DNA of 64,000 nt from an uncultured Planctomycetota bacterium (GCA_963719315.1 CAVRBU010000004.1:320001-384000); one strand, 5' to 3'; positions 8,619 to 19,632 are shown, counted from the first letter of the stretch. Program-made: numbers and translations. Notes: a model not told the origin generated them from the sequence alone.

Positions 8619-10574
8619 ATGGATACGCGACGATTGACAAGTGCGGCGATTATCTTGTTGGCGATGGCAGTCGCGGGCGCGGTTCGCAGCACCTCCGCGG
8701 CCGACGCGCCGACACCGGCGGACGCACTCAAGTTGACGCCGATCCAACAATTCGTCGAATACACGACCCCTTCCGCGGACGAAATCGCGCAGTGCACGAT
8801 CCGCCCGGAAAAGGAAAACAACGTCACGTCATGGGTGGTGCGCAATCGGCAAGGCGAAATTCTGCGCCGCTTCGCGGACACCAACAACGACAACTACGTG
8901 GACCAATGGTGTTACTTTCTGGGCGGCCTCGAGGTGTACCGCGATATCGACTCGAATTTCAACAACAAAGCGGATCAATATCGCTGGTTCAATACGGCCG
9001 GCACGCGGTGGGGAATCGACAAGAACGAGGACGGACACATTGATTCGTGGAAGGTGATATCGCCGCACGAAGTTGCGGAGCAAATCGTATTTGCCCTGAA
9101 GTCCCACGACCCGGCCCGATTCCAACTGCTGCTGCTGACGCCGGAGGAACTCGGCTCGCTCGGCTTTGGTCAAGAACGGGCGGCCAGCCTTGCAGCCAGC
9201 GTGAAGGCGGCGCCTGCCGCGTTTTCGAAAACGATGGCGGAGCAAAAGATCATAACGTCGCAGAGCCGTTACATCGACTTTGGCAGCGCACGCCCCGGTA
9301 CGATTCCTATTGGCACGGGGGGCTCGACGAAGGATGTGACCGTCTGCGACAACTCGGCCGCCCTCGTGCAAACCGACGATAAACACGAGCAGATTTTCTT
9401 GGGCACGCTCGTGGCGGTCGGCGACGCCTGGAAATTAATTGATGCGCCGGCCGTCGGTTCCGACAACCAGCCCCAAGTAAGCGGCCTCACCCAAAACTCT
9501 CAATTGCCGGGTGGGGCCGGCGGCGACAACGGCCCGTCCAACGAAATTCAGCAGCAAATGGCCGAGTTGGAGAAACTCGATAAAGAATCCGACACGCTGC
9601 CGCCGGATCAAGTTGCCGCCAATATCGACAAGCGCGTCGCCGCGTTACAAAAACTTACCGAAATCTCGTCCGCAAAGGACCGCGACCAATGGCAGCGTCA
9701 ACGCATCGATGTGCTGAGCGTGGCCGTCCAATCGGGCAATTACCCACAGGGGATCGACGCGCTGGATAAACTTCAAAAAAGCCTCGCCGACGCCGGCGCG
9801 GACTCCGACTTGATCGCCCATGCCGTTTTCCAACGCATGTGGGCGCAATACGCGCTCAGCCAGCAAGCCCCCGGGGCCGATGCGGCCAAGCTGCAGGACA
9901 AGTGGCTCGCCGATTTGCAGGCGTTCGTCGGCCAATACCCGAAGAGCGCCGACGCCGCGGAAGCGCTTTATCAGTTGGGAATGTATCAAGAGATCGTCGG
10001 CAAAAGTGATGAGGCCATGAAACTTTACCAACAACTCAAAGACGGGTTCCCCACCACCCGTCCGGCAGAGAAAGCGACCGGCGCTCTGCGCCGACTCGGC
10101 TCGTTGGGCCGGCCGATGGTGCTCCGAGGAATCGACTTCCAGGGCGGTCCCGTCGATCTAGCGTCGCCGCAATATCGCGGCAAGGTCGTGCTCATTCAGT
10201 ATTGGGCCACCATGGGCGAACGCTGGAAGGACGACATGGTCCTCCTCAAAGACGTTTATGCCAAGCGCGGCGGTCGCGACTTCGATATCATCGGCGTGTG
10301 CCTCGACGACGAACCGGCCGCGGCCAAACAATACGTGGCGCAGAACAAATTCCCCTGGAAGCAGATTTACGAAAAGGGCGGACTCGATGGCCGACTCGCC
10401 AACGAAATGGGCGTGATCACGCTGCCGCTAATGATTCTCGTGGACCAGAGAGGTAATGTCGCCAATCAGAACGTACACGTTGCCGAATTGGAAACCGAAC
10501 TCGCGAAGCTGATTAAACCCGCAGCGGGCACTGCGAACGCGAACGCACTGCGCACGCCGCCGACGCCGCGCTGA
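8619..10574 (+). CDS. Secreted TPR plus redoxin (TlpA-like, no CxxC) domain protein
   Basis: Signal peptide, DTNNDN-type repeats, TPR-like helices and a C-terminal YRGKVVLIQYWATM thioredoxin fold. Confidence 0.8.
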   Translation: MDTRRLTSAAIILLAMAVAGAVRSTSAADAPTPADALKLTPIQQFVEYTTPSADEIAQCTIRPEKENNVTSWVVRNRQGEILRRFADTNNDNYVDQWCYFLGGLEVYRDIDSNFNNKADQYRWFNTAGTRWGIDKNEDGHIDSWKVISPHEVAEQIVFALKSHDPARFQLLLLTPEELGSLGFGQERAASLAASVKAAPAAFSKTMAEQKIITSQSRYIDFGSARPGTIPIGTGGSTKDVTVCDNSAALVQTDDKHEQIFLGTLVAVGDAWKLIDAPAVGSDNQPQVSGLTQNSQLPGGAGGDNGPSNEIQQQMAELEKLDKESDTLPPDQVAANIDKRVAALQKLTEISSAKDRDQWQRQRIDVLSVAVQSGNYPQGIDALDKLQKSLADAGADSDLIAHAVFQRMWAQYALSQQAPGADAAKLQDKWLADLQAFVGQYPKSADAAEALYQLGMYQEIVGKSDEAMKLYQQLKDGFPTTRPAEKATGALRRLGSLGRPMVLRGIDFQGGPVDLASPQYRGKVVLIQYWATMGERWKDDMVLLKDVYAKRGGRDFDIIGVCLDDEPAAAKQYVAQNKFPWKQIYEKGGLDGRLANEMGVITLPLMILVDQRGNVANQNVHVAELETELAKLIKPAAGTANANALRTPPTPR

Positions 10575-10658
10575 TCAGCGCAGCGATTGGTTGTCGCTGC
10601 CTTTAGCAGTACACCAAGGTCACGGCACGATAAACTGGCCGAGCGACTTGCACCCGAA

Positions 10659-10855
10659 CTACCAATCCCAGTGGCGATTCCGCCGGCTGCCGATGCCGCA
10701 ACCCGGATGCGCCGCCTTAGGCGATTTGCGGCGCTTCGGCGCACAGACCGCTGCTGCCGATACTGCTTGCCACTGACGCGTTTCTGGACCTCGTCGGAGT
10801 CCGCGTCGAAAAGATTCTCCGCGTCATAGCGGAATTCATGATCGCGATATTCCAT
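10659..10855 (-). CDS. Small basic hypothetical protein (frameshift near 10738)
   Basis: MEYRDHEFRYD... joins KRRKSPKAAHPGCGIGSRRNRHWDW-stop. Confidence 0.45.
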
Positions 10856-11041
10856 CACGTTACTCCTGCCCATGGTCGAATTCATCAGCCACCTTTTGTC
10901 CGTCGAAAGAGGGACCGATCAAATCCCGATCCGCTGCCGGGCCTGACCCGGTAGGCGTCTCAAATTGATTTTCTAACTCGATTCGTTGATCGGGAAAATA
11001 TCAATCTGCAACTCGCGCGCCGCTGCTGGCACGGGGTCCGC

Positions 11042-11169
11042 CGGGTGGTGTCCCAATTTGGCACTGTTCGGACCGGAATTTTGTAGCACGGACTTCAGTC
11101 CATGGTTTTCGTACGGACTGAAGTCCGTGCTACAAGCTTGTTGTGCCGCAAATTAGGACGCACCACCCG
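11042..11169. repeat. Nested palindrome: GTAG-type REP pair inside a MITE-like inverted repeat
   Basis: TTGTAGCACGGACTTCAGTCC...GGACTGAAGTCCGTGCTACAA (11081-11135), flanked by CGGGTGGTGTCCCAATTTGGCAC / GTGCCGCAAATTAGGACGCACCACCCG. Confidence 0.75.
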
Positions 11170-12038
11170 CCGATGCAGTTTGGAATAGAACCAACACGGG
11201 AGGCGTTAAGGAAAAAAATTGTCGCGCGAAAAAATTCGCGAGTCGAAAGCAATACCAGCGGCCACCCCGTTGCACAAAAACAGGGAGGAGGTCCTCACCA
11301 AAACAGTGAGACCTAGTCGCCGATAAACCATCGGCTTCGGCTCAAATTGAGACGGTCGGCGCTGCGCCCTGCCTAGGTCGATACGGGAAATATTCCCGAA
11401 ATCTTTCGACGAAAGAGTTTGTGCGGAGAGAGCGCAGCACCGCGACTGACTGATATTTCAGCCGTTTCAATGAGAGTAGTTCAACAGTAGCTGTTCCGAG
11501 GAAAAGAGGCCGCCGGCTATCCGCCGGTTGACCGGATGGAGATTGTGTCTTCTCAAAGTCTAAGTCATTCAGTTCCTGAACTTGAGGTTCGGCAGTCCAA
11601 ATTGGCAATTTGCGTGCCAGGGCTCTCGCAGCCCAATTCGCGACCACCCGTGGGGGTAGGCTTTCCCGAAAGCGAGCGATTGGACCCATCCACCGCTCCG
11701 CCTCCCAGGTGCAACGATGACCTTCCCTAAATTCTGCCCAGTTCAGCCTGCCGAGATACTCAGCGCAATGTGTAAAAGTTGCAAATTCGGCACGTTTTGA
11801 CAATCGAGCCACCCCGGGCGCCTCCAAAAATCGCGTCCTCGAGACTTATGTAAGTTGTTCGTTACCAACCGCTTCGGCTCTCACACTGCTATTCTGTCTG
11901 GCTCCACGAAGCGTTATGGTACGGCACTCGCTTACCCGCCTACGACCCGACCCCGCCTAGGCTCTGAATCGGCTCAATGATTGAGGCCGATCCCCCCCGC
12001 CCGCTGGCACGGGAAATGGATTTCCCGGAGGAACCCGC

Positions 12039-12329
12039 ATGGATGCTGGATACGCTTGGATTGTGTTCGCTTGGATCGCGCTTCATTTGGCTGCACTCGC
12101 GGCCGCTTATGGGACCCGCGTGGCCGCCGGATCGCGGCTGGAAAACTTGGCCCAACTCATGTGCCTCGCGGCCATGTTGCTCGTTGGCGGCGCCATCTGG
12201 ATTTGCCAGCAATCCCAGGCCGGCTCTTGGGGCTTATCCGCCGTCACGTTGATGGCCATGGTACTGACAGCAGTCGTCGATTTCCGCAAATTCCACGACA
12301 CACCGCATCCAACGAGCGAAGCCGTCTAG
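12039..12329 (+). CDS. Small membrane protein (about three TM helices)
   Basis: Hydrophobic 96-aa ORF with a GGAGG RBS. Its stop codon coincides with the IS630 target site. Confidence 0.65.
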   Translation: MDAGYAWIVFAWIALHLAALAAAYGTRVAAGSRLENLAQLMCLAAMLLVGGAIWICQQSQAGSWGLSAVTLMAMVLTAVVDFRKFHDTPHPTSEAV

Positions 12330-13563
12330 TGGTCTGTCGTTGTTCAGTAGTTAGGGGATAGCATAACGTCTTCAGGTTTTTCACAGGAGGCGAGAAAATG
12401 AACTACAACACGAAGTATGTGGTGCGGTTGACTGGGGAAGAGCGAGAGGAATTGGCGGCGGTGGTGGGACGAGGCAAGGTGGCGGCGGGCAAGCGTCGCC
12501 GAGCCCAGGTGCTGCTCAAGGCGGACGCCGGCGTCACGGGGTCGGGTCGGACCGACCAGGAGATTTGCGAAGCGTTGGACGTCAGCGTGGGATTGGTGCA
12601 TGACGTGCGACAGGCGTACGTCGAGCAGGGCCTGAACGTTGCCTTGGAATGGAAGCCTAAGAGCCGGCATCGCCCTCGAAAGTTGGACGGCCAACAGGAG
12701 GCCCGCTTGATCGCCGTGGCCTGCGGACCGGCTCCGGAAGGACGCGCCCGCTGGACCTTGCGACTGCTGGCCGACAAGTTGGTCGAACTGGAGATCGTCG
12801 AGTCGATCAGCAAGGACGCCGTGCGCAGCGCACTGAAAAAAACGAGCTTAAGCCCTGGTTGAAAGAGCAGTGGGTTCTGCCTAAGCCGCATGACGCGGAC
12901 TATGTTGCCGCGATGGAAGACGTTCTGGAGGTCTATCAGCGTCCCTACGACGAGCAACGGCCAGTCGTGTGCGTCGACGAAGCCACCAAGCAATTGGTGG
13001 CCGACGTCACGCCGCCGCTGCCGATGGAGCCGGGGCAGCCGGCGCGACAGGATTACGAATACGAACGGCGGGGAACAGCGAATCTGTTCATGGTCTGCGA
13101 ACCTTTGGCGGGCCGCCGCCGGGTGAAGGTCACCGAACGTCGCGCGAAGGCGGATTTCGCCGACCTGCTGCGCAACATCGCCGACGAGCAGTACCCGACG
13201 GCGGAGAAGATCGTGCTGGTCATGGACAACCTGAATACGCACAAGCTGTCCGTGCTGTACGCGATCTTCCCGCCTGACGAGGCGCGACGGTTGTGGGAGC
13301 GGTTTGAAGTGCATCACACCCCCAAGCACGCCAGTTGGCTGAACATGGCGGAATGTGAATTGTCCGTGCTGGGAAGGCAGTGCCTGGACCAACGGATCGA
13401 TTCCCGAGCCCGCCTGGAGAGCGAAGTTCACGCATGGGAACAACCCCCCCGCAACCAACAACCAGTCCGCGTCGACTGGCAATTCACCGCCGCCGATGCC
13501 AGGATCAAGATTAAACGACTTTATCCCGTACTAGCACCCGTCAACTAAATCGAGACAGACCAC
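12329..13563 (+). mobile_element. IS630-family insertion sequence, copy 1
   Basis: TIR GTGGTCTGTC/GACAGACCAC and TA duplication in a CTAG target. OrfA 12398-12862 (HTH) and OrfB to 13548 (DDE: VDE, MDNLNTH, WLNMAE) are joined by an A7 slippery site at 12836-12842. Confidence 0.95.
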
Positions 13564-13955
13564 TAGGACTGTTAACTCCCGTGGTTGCAATGCCCTTCGC
13601 CGCTCTGGGCGTAGACATGACGTTGAGGTCCGATGGGCGTAGTGCACTGGAACATGGATGCTCGCTCGACATAGGTCCGTGGGAGCATGCCACTCGTCGT
13701 GCGGAACACCTCGGAGCCTTGCTATCGCTCACCCCGATTGCCCGCAAAGTTTCCCCAGACTTCTGGCGCACCCCCGGCCGACCTGCAAAATCGGAAAAAA
13801 ACTCCCTTTCCGTACGACCGTTAGCCGAAAGAACCAATCGGGCAAACTCGCTCGGCGCGTAGAACACAGTGTATCCACGCCGCCCGGTAATGCTCTTTGC
13901 TTGCTCGCTACGGACCGTGACGCGCGAGTTAAGTTCTTGTCCTAGGGGGAAAACA

Positions 13956-14892
13956 ATGCGTAGATTCGTATATTTTGCCGTGCTGGCGGCCACGCTCGTG
14001 CCAGCAGTCACTGCCTCGGCTGAAACAGCCAGCGAAAAGCACGTGGCCCAACAGATCGGAGTCCATCTCAAGCAAAGCGGCCAGTTACACAACTACCGCA
14101 TTGGCGTGAAGTATCACGAAGGCGTCGCATATCTGGCCGGCAGTGTTGCCAACCAGGAGCAGCGCGAGATCGCGGTGCATTTGGCGCAGCAGATGGAAGG
14201 CGTTTCGCACGTCGTCTGCAAGCTCGAATGCGCCGGCGAAAGCGAGCCCGCGCCCAGCAACTTCAAATCGAATGCCGAAGGCGATCGTCCGCAATTAAGC
14301 CAAGAGCTGAACCGCGACTTCCTATGAAGGTGCTCAGAACGATGCCACTGGTGTAATGCAAGCTTACCAGCAGGCAGGAGAAGCGCAAGTCGCTCCGATC
14401 CAACGAAATTCGATGGCCCCGCGCCAAATTGCCCGCCCGTTCGCCCCGCAATCGCGGCGCAGCAACATGCCGGTACCCGCCGGCCGGATGCCCGGCATCA
14501 TGCCAATTGGCCAAAACTGTCCTTCAGGCGTATGCCAAGCCAGTTGCCCCACTTGCAACGGTGGCGGTATGGGTATGGGACCTGCGATGGGCGGCCCAGG
14601 CATGGGCGGAATGGGTGGCGGGCCGGCCCCGGCCGGCTTCGTGCCGAGTGGTTCCGGCCGCGGTCCCAGCTACGACAATCCACAGATGCCCGGTTACGCT
14701 TGGCCCAGCTATGCTTCGTACCCGAACTATGCTGCCTTGTCATATCCGCAGCAGTATTCGCCAACCGCCTGGCCGTACATCGGCCCGTTCTATCCTTATC
14801 CGCAAGTGCCGCTGGCATGGCGGAAGGTTTCGCTGGAATGGGATGACGGTTGGTGGTTCCTCGACTTCAGTGCTCATAATTCGAGCCACTAA
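13956..14892 (+). CDS. Planctomycete BON-domain secreted protein (frameshift near 14320)
   Basis: Signal peptide, BON-like GVAYLAGSVANQEQ...GVSHV, and a Tyr/Pro-rich C-terminus YPYPQVPLAWRKVSLEWDDGWWFLDF. Confidence 0.75.
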
Positions 14893-14939
14893 AGTTGCGT
14901 AGCAGACGGACGGTGCATACCTCGAACGACAGAAGAAAC

Positions 14940-14976
14940 AAACCCTCGTCGCGAACAAATCGCGGCGAGGGTTTTT
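14940..14976 (+). terminator. Rho-independent terminator
   Basis: AAACCCTCGTCGCGA-loop-TCGCGGCGAGGGTTTTT. Confidence 0.7.
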
Positions 14977-15188
14977 CGCGCGCGGTGCTGGCGCTAGCAC
15001 GCCCGACTGACCGTTTTTCCGCCGCAATCGGAAAAACCCGCAAGTTTTCTCCAGTCTAACACGATAACTACGGCTAGCGGTCGTTAGGTACGTTACGTAC
15101 CGCCGCCGCTCGCGCCTCAGCACCACGGACAGTGGCTGTGGCCGCGATCGAGAAAACAAACACTCGCTTGTTGGAAAAGGGACTCGCG

Positions 15189-15767
15189 ATGGCAAGGATG
15201 AAGACCACCGCATTCGGCATCTTACTGGTGACGTGGTCCCTGACCACCACCGGCTGCTTCTGGGGATTCACGACGGGCGGTCCGAGCCTGGGGATCCTGT
15301 CCGTCCCCATTCCAATCAGTCCGTACTTCCAGAACAAGAAAGAAGATCAGTACTGGGAACATGAGCGGTACGATCGCGTGCCGATATTGGGACCGATCAC
15401 ATCCGGCGGACCACCGGTCGCGCTCGATCCGCCGAGCGACGACGAGGTGATGCGAGCCCTCGAAAAAGTGCATCCCGTCCAGAGCGGAATCCCCCTGCTG
15501 TGGGAACGCAACCGCAATCACGTCCACATCGTAAAGTGCAAGATCGCCGATTACGTCGATCCGCCACGGGTGTATCCGCTCATCGGTCCCGCCCAACAGC
15601 ATCACGCTCACTACAAGTGCACCGTTTATTACGAAGACGTCCGCCGTATCGGCTGGCCCGTACCGCACACGCTTCGCGATTTCGAGGCAGAGGAAGTCCT
15701 CTACATCGACCACAACCACTTGCACATGGTCGGCGACGTGGACACCGGTTGCAACGCCAAGTTCTAG
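15189..15767 (+). CDS. Putative lipoprotein, uncharacterised
   Basis: Signal peptide ending LTTTGC, AAGGGA RBS. Confidence 0.7.
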   Translation: MARMKTTAFGILLVTWSLTTTGCFWGFTTGGPSLGILSVPIPISPYFQNKKEDQYWEHERYDRVPILGPITSGGPPVALDPPSDDEVMRALEKVHPVQSGIPLLWERNRNHVHIVKCKIADYVDPPRVYPLIGPAQQHHAHYKCTVYYEDVRRIGWPVPHTLRDFEAEEVLYIDHNHLHMVGDVDTGCNAKF

Positions 15768-15796
15768 GTCTTAAGCTAACTCGCACGCGGAATAGG

Positions 15797-15882
15797 ACAA
15801 GGAGACAAGGAGACGGGGAGACAAGGAGATGCACTTGGGTGCTTTTTCTCCTCGTCTCCTTGCCTCCCGGTCTCCTTGTCTT
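15797..15882. repeat. Octamer (GGAGACAA-like) tandem repeats in inverted arrangement
   Basis: GACAAGGAGACAAGGAGACGGGGAGACAAGGAGA...TCTCCTCGTCTCCTTGCCTCCCGGTCTCCTTGTC. A similar array lies at about 29320-29390. Confidence 0.7.
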
Positions 15883-15905
15883 GCTAACCGAAAGATAGGG
15901 GTTTC

Positions 15906-16628
15906 ATGGCGAGTATGTTATCAATGCTGGCCGCTGCAAACCCGCCAATCCCCACGCGCAGCCTGTTTGAAATGCTGCTCGCTGGTGGGCCTCTCATGTT
16001 TCCGATCCTGCTCGCGTCGTTCGTGATGCTGCTGATCGTGTTCGAGCGGATGATCAGCCTGCGGCGGCGGCGGGTGATTCCGCGGCTATTCATCGAACGG
16101 TTCCTGTTGCAACTCCGCGAAGGCGCCCTGGACCGCAGCGATGCACTGGAGCGTTGTGAGGACGAATCGAGCCATATTGCCCGCGTGTTTGCCGCAGGTA
16201 TACGAAAGTGGGGCAAGTCGGCCGTCGAAGTGGAGCAGGCAGTGCTCGACGAAGGCGAGCGAATCGCAAACGTTCTGCGGCGTTACTTGCGGGTCCTCAA
16301 TGGCGTTTCGACCGTCTCGCCACTTTTGGGTTTGTTGGGCACCGTCTGGGGAATGATCCAGGCGTTCAACGTCATCGCCAACAGCCCGGCTATGGGCCGC
16401 GCCGAATTGCTGGCCGGCGGAATCAGCGTTGCCCTCCTCACCACGGCCGCCGGCCTCCTCGTCGCCATTCCCGCACTCATTCTCTACCTGTTTTTTGTGG
16501 GTCGCGTGGACAGCCTCATCATGGAAATCGATCGCTACGGCCAGGAGCTCGTGGATTTGGTCTCCAACGAAGGCCTCGAAGATCGCAAAAGCACACGCCT
16601 CTCAATCGCAAGACGCAAAGCCGCGTGA
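15906..16628 (+). CDS. exbB: MotA/TolQ/ExbB proton channel protein
   Basis: TVSPLLGLLGTVWGMIQAF...LAGGISVALLTTAAGLLVAIP. Confidence 0.92.
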   Translation: MASMLSMLAAANPPIPTRSLFEMLLAGGPLMFPILLASFVMLLIVFERMISLRRRRVIPRLFIERFLLQLREGALDRSDALERCEDESSHIARVFAAGIRKWGKSAVEVEQAVLDEGERIANVLRRYLRVLNGVSTVSPLLGLLGTVWGMIQAFNVIANSPAMGRAELLAGGISVALLTTAAGLLVAIPALILYLFFVGRVDSLIMEIDRYGQELVDLVSNEGLEDRKSTRLSIARRKAA

Positions 16629-16633
16629 AATGG

Positions 16634-16718
16634 TTGAGGGTCGAGAGTCGAGGGTCTAGGGCCAGAGCAATACCCTCGACCCTCGACCTTCGACCTTCGA
16701 CCTTCGACCCTCGACCCT
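16634..16718. repeat. Heptamer (TCGACCY) tandem repeats forming a hairpin
   Basis: GAGGGTCGAGAGTCGAGGG...CCTCGACCCTCGACCTTCGACCTTCGACC. Related heptamer arrays lie at 8160-8225 and 30555-30585. Confidence 0.7.
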
Positions 16719-16726
16719 TACTCACC

Positions 16727-17164
16727 ATGCCCCTCAAGCTACAACACGACGAGATGCCGGCGCTGAATTTGACGTCGATGATCGACGTGTTGTTCCTGCT
16801 CATCATTTTTTTCATGGTGGCCACCAAGTTCGATGAGATGGATCGAAACATCCAAGTGGCGGTCCCGCAAGTCGCGCAAGCCGGAGAAGACACTCCGCCG
16901 CCGCGGCCGCTGGTTGTGACCGTTTTGGCCGACGGCAAAATGGATCTCGACGGTAAGGCCGTGACGGAAACAGAACTCACCTCCCGTTTGGCCGCCGCAC
17001 GCACGCCGCTCACCGATCCTACCGTTGTCATCCATGGCGACGCAAAGTGTGCGTTTCAACACGTAGCCGCTGCCCTCGGCGCCTGCCGGCAGGCCGGCAT
17101 TTCGGAATTGGGAATCACCGTCCGCATCGCCGCCACGGGCGGCAACGGCAACACGAAGCGCTAG
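16727..17164 (+). CDS. exbD: Biopolymer transport protein ExbD/TolR
   Basis: LNLTSMIDVLFLLIIFFMVAT and VIHGD. Confidence 0.92.
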   Translation: MPLKLQHDEMPALNLTSMIDVLFLLIIFFMVATKFDEMDRNIQVAVPQVAQAGEDTPPPRPLVVTVLADGKMDLDGKAVTETELTSRLAAARTPLTDPTVVIHGDAKCAFQHVAAALGACRQAGISELGITVRIAATGGNGNTKR

Positions 17165-17173
17165 CCGAACCAC

Positions 17174-19023
17174 ATGCATGCGCCTGCTTCATTTTTGTTT
17201 GACGGCGTGAACCCCTGTTTTGCGTCCATGCAACTGACCTACTGGCTGCTGTGGGGTGGTTCGCTTGCGCTAAGCGTCACGCTCGTAATTCTACTCTGGA
17301 CGCGCTGGGGCCACTCTCGCCCGCTGCATAAGTGTGCCGCCCTGTCGCTCATCGTGCACTTGATACTCGCCTTCCTGACCATGACCGTGCGGATCGTGAA
17401 CGGCGATGGTGGGGGTGACGGCGGCGGCGGGCCACCAATCCATGTCCGCATTGTTGAGGAAGCCATCGCTCCGCCGGCGCCCGCCGATGCCAGTAACGCC
17501 AGAGCGACACCTGCGATCGAAGACATCAGCGAAGTGGCTCCGCCCCCGTTGTTCGATCCACCGACGCCCGAAAAAGTAGAGCCGCCGCCATCGACCGAAC
17601 CAGAAGCCGCACCGCCGATTGCCGATCTGCCGCCAAATGTGCCGGCCAAGAAAACGGAAGCGCTCAATGTCGCCAAGGAAGCGCCGACCGCGGTCGCGAA
17701 AACAGGAGAGGCCAAGCCGCTAGAAAAGCCGGAGTCGAAGCAAACGCCGCCAACACAACCCACCGCTGCCAAAGTTGATCCACCGAGTGGCGTTGCCGTA
17801 ACTTCTGCGACCAAGAGCGTAGATTCCGAATCAACGACTACGCCGATGTCTGCCCGAGCCGTGGAATCTGCCACGGCAATTGCCTCCACCCCATACTCAC
17901 TACGTAGTGCGCCGGACCGGCTGGGCCTCGTCGCGGGGCAAGGCGGAAACGCGGAAACCGAGGCGGCCGTCGCCGCCGCACTGCGCTGGTTGGCTGCCGC
18001 ACAAGCCCGCGATGGTCGCTGGGTCGCCGTGCAGTTTGGCGCAGGTCAAGAAGAGTTGACGCTCGGCCAAAACCGGGGCGGGGCAGGGCGGAGCGCCGAT
18101 ACCGGCATCACCGCGCTGGCGCTGCTCGCGTTCCTGGGCGCGGGCCATTCGCACGTTCAGGGCGAGTACCAGGAAACTGTCCGGCGCGGTCTCGATTTTC
18201 TTCTCCGCGCCAAGCGGCAGACGGCAACTTGTTCGGCGACGCCACGCTCTACGCGCGAATGTATTGCCACTCGATGGCAACATTCGCGCTGGCCGAGGCG
18301 CAAGCCGTGACCGGCGATCGGCGACTAGAAGCGGCCGCAATCAAAGCCGTCAACTTCAGTCTGGCCGCGCAAAACTCCACGACCGGCGGATGGCGCTATC
18401 GCCCCGGCGACACGGGTGACACCAGCCAGCTCGGATGGCAAATCATGGCCCTTGCTAGCGCACAGCGGGCGGGCATCAACGTGCCGAGCGAGACTTGGAA
18501 TCGCGTCGAACGATTCCTGCGCACCGTCGAACGCGGTAATCGCGGCGGCCTGGCCAGCTACCGTCCCGATAGTCCAGTGAGCACGTCGATGACGGCCGAA
18601 GCGCTGTACTGCCGGCTGGTTTTGGAGGAGATGGGCGGAGCGAATCTGGTCGAACCCGCCGCCGCCGAGGCGACAACACAACTGCTAGCCATGCCGCCCG
18701 GCGCGGATCGGTTCAACCTGTACTACTGGTATTACGCCACGCTCGCGCTCCATCGCCGCCAACATGCGAATGATGCTGCAACAGCTGCGTGGCGAACTTG
18801 GAACGACGCCATGACAGCCACACTCACCAAGTCGCAGCTCGCCGATGGAAACGATGCCGGTAGTTGGAACTCCAACACGATCTGGGGCGGATACGGCGGC
18901 CGCATTTACACGACAGCGATGGCGACGATGTGTCTTGAAGTGTATTACCGCTACGCGCCCGCACCTCCCCGCGGCGGCACGGGGTCCGCAGCACGCCCCC
19001 AAACTCAATCAATGGCGCGCTAG
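17174..19023 (+). CDS. Membrane-anchored Pro-rich protein with a prenyltransferase/squalene-cyclase-like alpha/alpha barrel (frameshift near 18210)
   Basis: TM helix with SLIVH, Pro/Glu linker, ALRWLAAAQARDGRW, GGWRY..GDTSQLGWQIMAL and YYWYYAT repeats. Confidence 0.8.
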
Positions 19024-19109
19024 AACCCTCGCCCTTTGAGATAGGGCGGGGTGAGGGTGCATTGGTCGCTGGTAACTCGCCGCGCAGAAAGCACGACTCG
19101 ATACAGCGT

Positions 19110-19460
19110 CTAAGCTGCGATGCGTAACCGCACGTGCGGCACAGGCACCGCCACGACCGGGTGCAACTTCAATTGCTGCACGACGAGATGAGTCGCCTGT
19201 TCCAGCGCTGCCGCGGCCAGTTCGGCGAATGCTTTCGCCGGCCACTCCCGGCCAACGAGCTGTGTGGCTTCCTCACGCACGAACGATATCGCGTGGGCAT
19301 GCACGTAACCGCGCAACTCCGCGGCCGACATCCTGACGGTATCCGCGCTGAGCTGCTCCAACGTCGCCTCGACGCTTCGCTCAGCGATTTCGCGGGCCAA
19401 AGTGTCTCTCGGCAAGCTTGCCCGTTGTTTGCGAATGCTAAGCATGATGTCATCCCCCAA
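19110..19460 (-). CDS. Hypothetical protein
   Basis: 116-aa helical ORF; start uncertain. Confidence 0.45.
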   Translation of the reverse strand: MGDDIMLSIRKQRASLPRDTLAREIAERSVEATLEQLSADTVRMSAAELRGYVHAHAISFVREEATQLVGREWPAKAFAELAAAALEQATHLVVQQLKLHPVVAVPVPHVRLRIAA

Positions 19461-19556
19461 CTCGCCTGAACTTGACCAGGTTTCCCTAATCGCTTAATTT
19501 TTAAGCAAGTTGGCTGTTGGAAACGGTCGAAACGGTTAGAGTGATTTTGGGTGTAC

Positions 19557-19628
19557 GGCGCCGTAGCCAAGTGGCTAAGGCAACGGATTGCAAATCCGTC
19601 ATCCCCGGTTCGAATCCGGGCGGCGCCT
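19557..19628 (+). tRNA. tRNA-Cys(GCA)
   Basis: GGCGCCGTAGCCAAGTGGCTAAGGCAACGGATTGCAAATCCGT...GGTTCGAATCCGGGCGGCGCCT. Confidence 0.97.
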
Positions 19629-19632
19629 CTAG

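Noticed and set aside
10890..12030. ORFs 11342-11827 and 11536-11730
   Set aside because: No recognisable motifs or RBS. The region looks like intergenic/regulatory DNA.
12403..13482. Long antisense ORFs over IS630 (also 40633-41769) and over other GC-rich genes
   Set aside because: Shadow ORFs opposite well-supported genes.
17174..19023. Hopanoid biosynthesis (true squalene-hopene cyclase)
   Set aside because: Single barrel with a membrane anchor, no DxDD motif seen and no hpn genes nearby.
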